Source of the DNA: Candidatus Methanomethylophilaceae archaeon
Lineage (GTDB): Archaea > Thermoplasmatota > Thermoplasmata > Methanomassiliicoccales > Methanomethylophilaceae
Direction of reading: 5' to 3'
Length of the DNA stretch: 64,000 nt
NCBI GenBank assembly: GCA_944320495.1
Contig: CALUHR010000003.1
Span: 96,001-160,000, forward strand
Shown: positions 59,170 through 64,000 of the stretch, piece by piece
Layout of the letters: every line of letters begins with the position of its first letter
Numbering within the stretch: the stretch's first letter is position 1
Notes under the pieces: generated by a model
What the model saw: the letters and a program-made list of their open reading frames with translations, nothing else
Database searches by the model: none
What the model was told of the DNA's origin: nothing
Translations under genes and position numbers: made by a program

Positions 59170-59514
59170 ATGGAAGCATACAAGATCGGCGTCACGGTGC
59201 CTCTCGGCACCGAGCATGAGATGATGGACACCCTCGACGGATACTTCTCCCCGCTCTATCCCGGATACGACCACGTTTACTCGTGGTGGGAGACCGAGGG
59301 GAGCTGGAGACCCCTGGAGGGGTCGCACCCGCACCAGGGGGAGATCGGCAGGATCGAACGCGCCCGCGAGGTGCGCATAGAGTTCGCGGTACATGCCCGG
59401 GACGCGCCCGCGGTGGTCCGCCGCATCGCGGAGGTCCATCCCTTCGAGGAACCCGCGATAGACGTGATCCCGCTGATCCCGTGGAAGGACGTCGCTGTGC
59501 TGGACGGTAGTTGA
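59170..59514 (+). CDS. Small NIF3/YqfO-like protein
   Basis: WRPLEGSHPHQG, EVRIEF, HPFEEPAIDVIPL. Confidence 0.75.
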   Translation: MEAYKIGVTVPLGTEHEMMDTLDGYFSPLYPGYDHVYSWWETEGSWRPLEGSHPHQGEIGRIERAREVRIEFAVHARDAPAVVRRIAEVHPFEEPAIDVIPLIPWKDVAVLDGS

Positions 59515-60052
59515 ACAGGTTGTCGAAGGACTTCTGCATCCTGTGGATCTTGAGGCTCTGCTTCCTGTACGCGAGCTCCCCGTCGTCGATCAGTCCCATG
59601 GCGTTGTACCTGTCCAGGACCGCGAAGGCACCGTCGTAGTCGCCGTCGACGCCGACCATGATGTCGATTAGCCTGTTCCTGCATGAGAGCCTGCCCTCGG
59701 GCGGGAACGATGCGGAGACGGCTGGATACAGATCCAGATTCCTCAGGCACATGGCCTTGGCGTCGGCGAACCTGTCGGAGCCGAAGAGGCCCTCGATGAG
59801 ACCCTCCGTCGCCCTGAACCTGGAGACGTCGTCGAGCTCGGCTGCCTCGAGGAACTCCCCAGCTGTCACGGCGAGTTTGTAGTTGTGGTCGTCGACCGCG
59901 CGGGACATCAGGTCCGTGAGGAATCCGAGCTGGGAGGACGTGTCTATGCCGTCAACGTACCTGCGAACCCTGACCCTGTCCTGGGAGGACAGGCCGGAGT
60001 ACCATCCGTCAAGCCCCGCCTGGGTGACCTGAGAGGGGATCTCATCTGCCAT
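59492..60052 (-). CDS. Helical hypothetical protein (ends at CGA 59494-59492)
   Basis: 186 aa to NLFNYRPAQ; standard code adds 100 aa antisense to the neighbouring gene. Confidence 0.7.
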
Positions 60053-60076
60053 GGGACCGGAATCGTCGCATCTGGT

Positions 60077-61093
60077 TTAAACCTCGGCTTCGTCCGTCTC
60101 CCTCTCCACGGGTGATGTCATGGACTCGGTGGTCCACTCGATCCTCCCCTCGAACTCGACGGTGCGGGTGAAGCAGTTCCTCTCGCACACCCTGCAGTAT
60201 CCCTCGGTGCAGGGGACGGGTGTGATGGAGACCTCGATGGAATCGCCGTACTTGTCGCAGACCGCCTCGTTGATCTCGTCCTCCTCCCTTCCGACCTCCT
60301 CGACCGTCATGCAGCGGGGGAAGACCACCTTCATGTCGGCGTAGATCCTGGGGCCGTACTTTATCAGACGGAGGTTGCGGACGTCGATCCAGTCGTCATG
60401 GCGGTATCCGCGGATGGTTCCGGCCACCTCCTCCAGGAGGCCCGCGTCGGCGGTGTCCATGATGTCGTCCATGGCCCTCTTGATGACCTTGATTCCCGTG
60501 ACGACGATGATCACGCCGAACACCGCCGCGATCGATGAGTCCAGCCACCTGGCGTCGTACCCCATGCTCTCTGCGATGTAGACGACGACCAGACCGATCA
60601 GGATACCGATCGAGGAATATGTGTCGGAGCAGAGGTGCCTGCCGCTGGCCTCCAGGGCGGGGGACCTGTTCCTCCTTCCCTTGACGATGGCCGCGCGTCC
60701 GACAGCGAAATTCGCCACGGCGGCTATCGCGACGAGTATCAGACCGATGTCCAACTCGTCGGTGATCTCCCCCGGGTTGATGAAGGACTGGACGGTCTCG
60801 TAGAGGATCAGGAGACCGGCTGCCATGATCATCGTTCCCTCGATCGCCGAGGAGATGATCTCGATCTTCCCGTGGCCGAACGGATGGTTCCTGTCGGCCG
60901 GCTTCGCCGACAGGTAGAGCGCGTAGATGCCGATGCACGCGGCGACCACATTGACGATGGACTCGGTAGCATCGGTAAAGATGGCGACGGATCCCGTGAG
61001 GAAGTATGCCACATACTTGATGATCAGGAGTGTGAAACCGAGGACCACGATGATCTTCTGGAACTCGAAGTTCTCATCCGCCGCTTTCGACAT
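60077..61093 (-). CDS. Cation diffusion facilitator (FieF-like)
   Basis: SVAIFTDATES, KPADRNHPFGHGKIE, HLCSD, LDSSIA. Confidence 0.93.
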   Translation of the reverse strand: MSKAADENFEFQKIIVVLGFTLLIIKYVAYFLTGSVAIFTDATESIVNVVAACIGIYALYLSAKPADRNHPFGHGKIEIISSAIEGTMIMAAGLLILYETVQSFINPGEITDELDIGLILVAIAAVANFAVGRAAIVKGRRNRSPALEASGRHLCSDTYSSIGILIGLVVVYIAESMGYDARWLDSSIAAVFGVIIVVTGIKVIKRAMDDIMDTADAGLLEEVAGTIRGYRHDDWIDVRNLRLIKYGPRIYADMKVVFPRCMTVEEVGREEDEINEAVCDKYGDSIEVSITPVPCTEGYCRVCERNCFTRTVEFEGRIEWTTESMTSPVERETDEAEV

Positions 61094-61217
61094 ACATCTA
61101 GGAAAACCGCACCAGATATATGCTTATTCGATTAGAAACGCCTAATCCTATCACAAATGTGATAATCAAACTGGTTCCGAGACTCTTTAGATTAGACGGC
61201 ATCCCTTTAAGTGAACC

Positions 61218-62612
61218 TCATTCGGAGTACGCGGAGGTCTCCCTCCCCCTGAGGAAGGATGCGAACGTCCCCACGATGCACATGCCGAGGCACACGGCGA
61301 AGGAGATGTGTATCACGTCGAGGAACGAATCATAGTTCTCCGGCACGAGATTGTCCGACCCTCCCATTATCACCGAGATGAACAGCATCGCGATGCCCAT
61401 GCTGACCATCATGCCGGATTGGCGCATGACCGCCACCATGGCGGAGGCCTCCCCGGTCTCCTCAGGCCTGACAGAGCCCATGACGACCGACGTGTTGGGT
61501 GCGGAGAACATCCCCATGCCGAACCCGACCACGAGCATGGTGGCGATGACGAGCGTGTAGTCGACCTCTAGCCCGTAGAACAGGAAGAACGAGACACCTA
61601 CGCCTGTGATGATCATCCCGGTGGTCGGCAGGATGCGTTTGTCCTCGACGCGATCGGACAGACGGCCGAAAAGCGGTGTCACGACGGCCTGCAAGGCGGC
61701 CTGCACGAGCATGAGGATTCCAGCCTCCGTGGCGGAGATGGCGCCGATGCTCTGGAGATAGAGCGCCAGGAAGTAGGATATGGAGTAGGACGCGGCATAG
61801 TTGAGGAACGTGGCGAGACAGGACCCGGCGAAGACCTTGGTCCTGAACAGCCCCACGTTCAGCAGATGGTCGGGCGTCCTGGATTCCCATCTGGCGAACA
61901 GAGCGATGACGACCACCCCGATGACGAGCATCGCGACCGCCCAGAGCTCGGGCATGTTGATCACACCGCCCATGGCGAGCATGATGCCCACCCCGTACAG
62001 CACGCTCCCCCTACCGTCGAAACGGTGTCCGGCGGACGGGGATATCTCATGCCTGAACGAGAGCATGCATATCGCCGATACGATGGCGAGCGGGACCACG
62101 AACAGAAACAGGGCGTGCCATCCAATCAGATCGTTGAGGGTCCCTCCCAGCGGGGGTCCCAGGGACAGGCCGATGTAGACGCACATGGTCTGCATGCCGA
62201 TCGCGCCTCCCCTGGACTCGCGGGGATAGACGTCGGTGATGAGCGACACGCTGGTGGTCACGAGCGCGGCGGAGCCGAACCCCATGATGACCCTGCATCC
62301 TATGAGCCACCAGAACGTGGGCGACACAGCGCCCAGCAGGCAGGCGACAGCGATCGCGGTCAGCCCTATGAGATACATCCTCTTCTTGCCGATGATGTCC
62401 CCGGCGCGGGCCAGCGGGACCATGAACACGACCGACGATAGCAGGAACGCGGTGTTCACGTAGGCGAGCTGATGCGAACCCACGCCGAAGCTGTCCCCGA
62501 TGTTGACCAGGGAGAGGTTCATCATCGTGCTCAGCAGCGGCGTGACAAGGCCGGAGATGCAGCAGGCGAGCAGGACGATGCCCCTCTCCCTCTTGCTGAA
62601 TCCCTCCCCCAT
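61218..62612 (-). CDS. MFS transporter (DHA2-like)
   Basis: ARAGDIIGKKR, CRVIMGFG, GPPLGG, GRLSDR, FSAPNT. Confidence 0.9.
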   Translation of the reverse strand: MGEGFSKRERGIVLLACCISGLVTPLLSTMMNLSLVNIGDSFGVGSHQLAYVNTAFLLSSVVFMVPLARAGDIIGKKRMYLIGLTAIAVACLLGAVSPTFWWLIGCRVIMGFGSAALVTTSVSLITDVYPRESRGGAIGMQTMCVYIGLSLGPPLGGTLNDLIGWHALFLFVVPLAIVSAICMLSFRHEISPSAGHRFDGRGSVLYGVGIMLAMGGVINMPELWAVAMLVIGVVVIALFARWESRTPDHLLNVGLFRTKVFAGSCLATFLNYAASYSISYFLALYLQSIGAISATEAGILMLVQAALQAVVTPLFGRLSDRVEDKRILPTTGMIITGVGVSFFLFYGLEVDYTLVIATMLVVGFGMGMFSAPNTSVVMGSVRPEETGEASAMVAVMRQSGMMVSMGIAMLFISVIMGGSDNLVPENYDSFLDVIHISFAVCLGMCIVGTFASFLRGRETSAYSE

Positions 62613-62684
62613 GTCCGTCACATCTCCAATCGAATGACCCGGCGGTCCCTCCAATGAAAGGGACCGCCGATAAAACCATTTTTC

Positions 62685-63905
62685 TCAGGCGGCGGGACCG
62701 GCTGACGAGAACCTGCGGTCCTTCGCGCAGTAGAGGATGAACAGGACCGCGACAACGACCGCCAGCGAACCCATGACACCGAACAGGTCGGGTATGCTGT
62801 CGTTGACGGCGGCGAGCAGAGGGACGCTGACGAGGGAGATCGAGAACTGGCCGAAGTTGAGGAAGGTGGAGTACCCTCCCATGATCTTCCCCGATGTGGA
62901 TCCGGTGGCCTCACCGGCGAGGACGTTCGTCACCGCCGGGCAGATCATCCCGATGCCGAGGCCGGCAAGCACCATCGTGAAGAACGCGGTTACGACGGCC
63001 GGATGGGTCATGATGATGACCATCCCCACGCCCATGATGAGGAACCCGACCCCCATGATCATGAACGGCCTTATGCGGTCGGCCAGACGCCTATAGAACA
63101 GCGCCATGACGGCGTTGCTGATCCCGTTCACACCCAGGAACAGACCCACCACGGATGCGCTGAGATGACCCGGGAGCTCCGGATCCTCGAGGAATGTGGG
63201 CATCTTTGTGGGGAGGAGGAACGACATGGTCTGGCACACGAAGATGGCGACATAGCAGATCACGATGAGGCGGGTGTTGGCCTTCTTCGCCGGACGCTCC
63301 GCGGGCGTCGCCTCCCTGGCGGGCTCGCGGGACGGCTCCCTCATCGATGCGATGCAGAGAAGCAGGATCGGTATGCCGATCAGATAGACGAGGAACGGCT
63401 CATGCCAGCTGAACGCCGCGAGCGAACCGCCGGTGTACTCCAGGATGAGTACACCGAGACCCATGGCGGCGGACTGGTAGCTCAGGACCTTTACCCTCGA
63501 CACGCCGGTGTAGTACTCGGCCATCAGGGCGGTCACGGCGGCCGATATGCCGGCGATGCCGACACCGACCAGGAACCTCATGGCGAGGATGACCATCAGA
63601 TCCTCGAGGAAGAAGCTGGCCACACCTGCGGCGGTGAACAGCACCAGCGCGACGCAAAGTGTGCGGACCTTCCCGAATTTGTCGGCAAGCGATCCGATGA
63701 CCAGACCCAGGAGACCGACGGCGAGCGATGGGAGGGTGATGACCAGCGAGACCGCGAAGTCCTGGCCGGGGAACGCCTCGTTTATGAGCGGCAGAGCGGG
63801 TGCGACCGCGGCGCCTCCCATCAACATGAGCATGGATGCGAGAAGCATTGCGACGAGCGTGAGCCTCGTCGGAACGAACGGCTTCCCGTCGTTCTTCGTT
63901 TGCAT
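62685..63905 (-). CDS. MFS transporter
   Basis: VAPALPLI, GSLADKFGK, MRFLVGVG, SWHEPFLVY. Confidence 0.9.
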   Translation of the reverse strand: MQTKNDGKPFVPTRLTLVAMLLASMLMLMGGAAVAPALPLINEAFPGQDFAVSLVITLPSLAVGLLGLVIGSLADKFGKVRTLCVALVLFTAAGVASFFLEDLMVILAMRFLVGVGIAGISAAVTALMAEYYTGVSRVKVLSYQSAAMGLGVLILEYTGGSLAAFSWHEPFLVYLIGIPILLLCIASMREPSREPAREATPAERPAKKANTRLIVICYVAIFVCQTMSFLLPTKMPTFLEDPELPGHLSASVVGLFLGVNGISNAVMALFYRRLADRIRPFMIMGVGFLIMGVGMVIIMTHPAVVTAFFTMVLAGLGIGMICPAVTNVLAGEATGSTSGKIMGGYSTFLNFGQFSISLVSVPLLAAVNDSIPDLFGVMGSLAVVVAVLFILYCAKDRRFSSAGPAA

Positions 63906-64000
63906 GGCCTGCCTAGAATCGGCATCCGATTTAACGGTTTACAGAATCCCCCTCGCGCGACTATATATCATATCTCTGCATCGCAACGGCCATGGATGCC

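Noticed and set aside
2254-59494. Systematic T->C sequencing error as the explanation for CGA stops
   Set aside because: Conserved Cys/Trp codons and ATGA overlaps are intact, and the CGA sites share no methylation-like motif. It is unlikely but only raw reads can exclude it.

Overview
GC-rich archaeal chromosome segment. TBP, ABCE1, duplicated methanol mtaC-mtaB, a RamA-type activase and many Sel1-repeat genes point to a host-associated Methanomassiliicoccales-type methanogen (inference). About 65 CDS, one tRNA-Cys(GCA) and one pseudogene. Main discovery: CGA behaves as a stop codon. Ten genes have an in-frame CGA at their apparent C-terminus. These include pdxT (186 aa) and a SufS-type desulfurase (401 aa), and in one case CGA is directly followed by TGA. 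Under the standard code the other nine run on into the next gene, an antisense gene, a terminator hairpin or the next promoter. Reading Arg codons by eye in most other genes, I found no internal in-frame CGA, and no real gene ends in TAG. Second discovery: a five-gene operon (14983-23719) encoding an Hsp70-vWA fusion, a large Zn-ribbon/FN3-like protein, a Zn-ribbon TRAFAC GTPase, a GrpE-like protein and a second Hsp70, which looks like a chaperone-based conflict or stress system. CDS coordinates below use the CGA stop where noted.
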